43,290 nucleotides of DNA from the IMG/VR virus record IMGVR_UViG_3300030397_000037, positions 1 through 43,290 of that record; one strand, written 5' to 3'. The position numbers and the translations under genes were made by a program. The stretch's first letter is position 1. Each line of letters opens with the position of its first letter. Below are positions 43,241 to 43,290 of the stretch, one piece after another. Below the pieces are notes generated by a model. That model was given only the letters and a program-made list of their open reading frames with translations. It did no database searches and was not told the DNA's origin. The stretch is from a virus (taxonomy: Duplodnaviria; Caudoviricetes).

Positions 43241-43290
43241 CTTCTATTTTTCCACAATGTGAAGTCCGCCTGCCTGCGTTCGCCTCCCCC

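Overview
The window looks like an essentially complete, about 43.3-kb genome of a tailed dsDNA phage of siphovirus type. It is probably lytic, since I see no integrase or partition genes, and sigma70-type promoters suggest a gammaproteobacterial host (inference). The + strand arm (2.7-17.1 kb) carries Sak4-like ATPase, DUF669 SSB, Cas4-like exonuclease, RadD-like helicase, two paralogous DNA-binding proteins, a 7-deazaguanine DNA-modification operon (queE-queC-queD-[PRTase::folE]-dpdA), a beta-clamp-like protein and a family A DNA polymerase. The - strand arm carries small early genes, a resolvase, terminase, portal, head and tail genes (with a -1 frameshifted chaperone), a tail fibre and an M15 endolysin / GAF-type holin lysis cassette. 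A primase-helicase missing from the ORF track runs off position 1. The main hypothesis is a replication-coupled, guanine-recycling preQ0 modification system. DpdA ends in a clamp-binding-like motif (QMGLF) and is translationally coupled to the phage clamp, FolE is fused to a phosphoribosyltransferase, and a structured RNA leader covers the queE ribosome-binding site. All family assignments come from motif recognition by eye; no searches were run.
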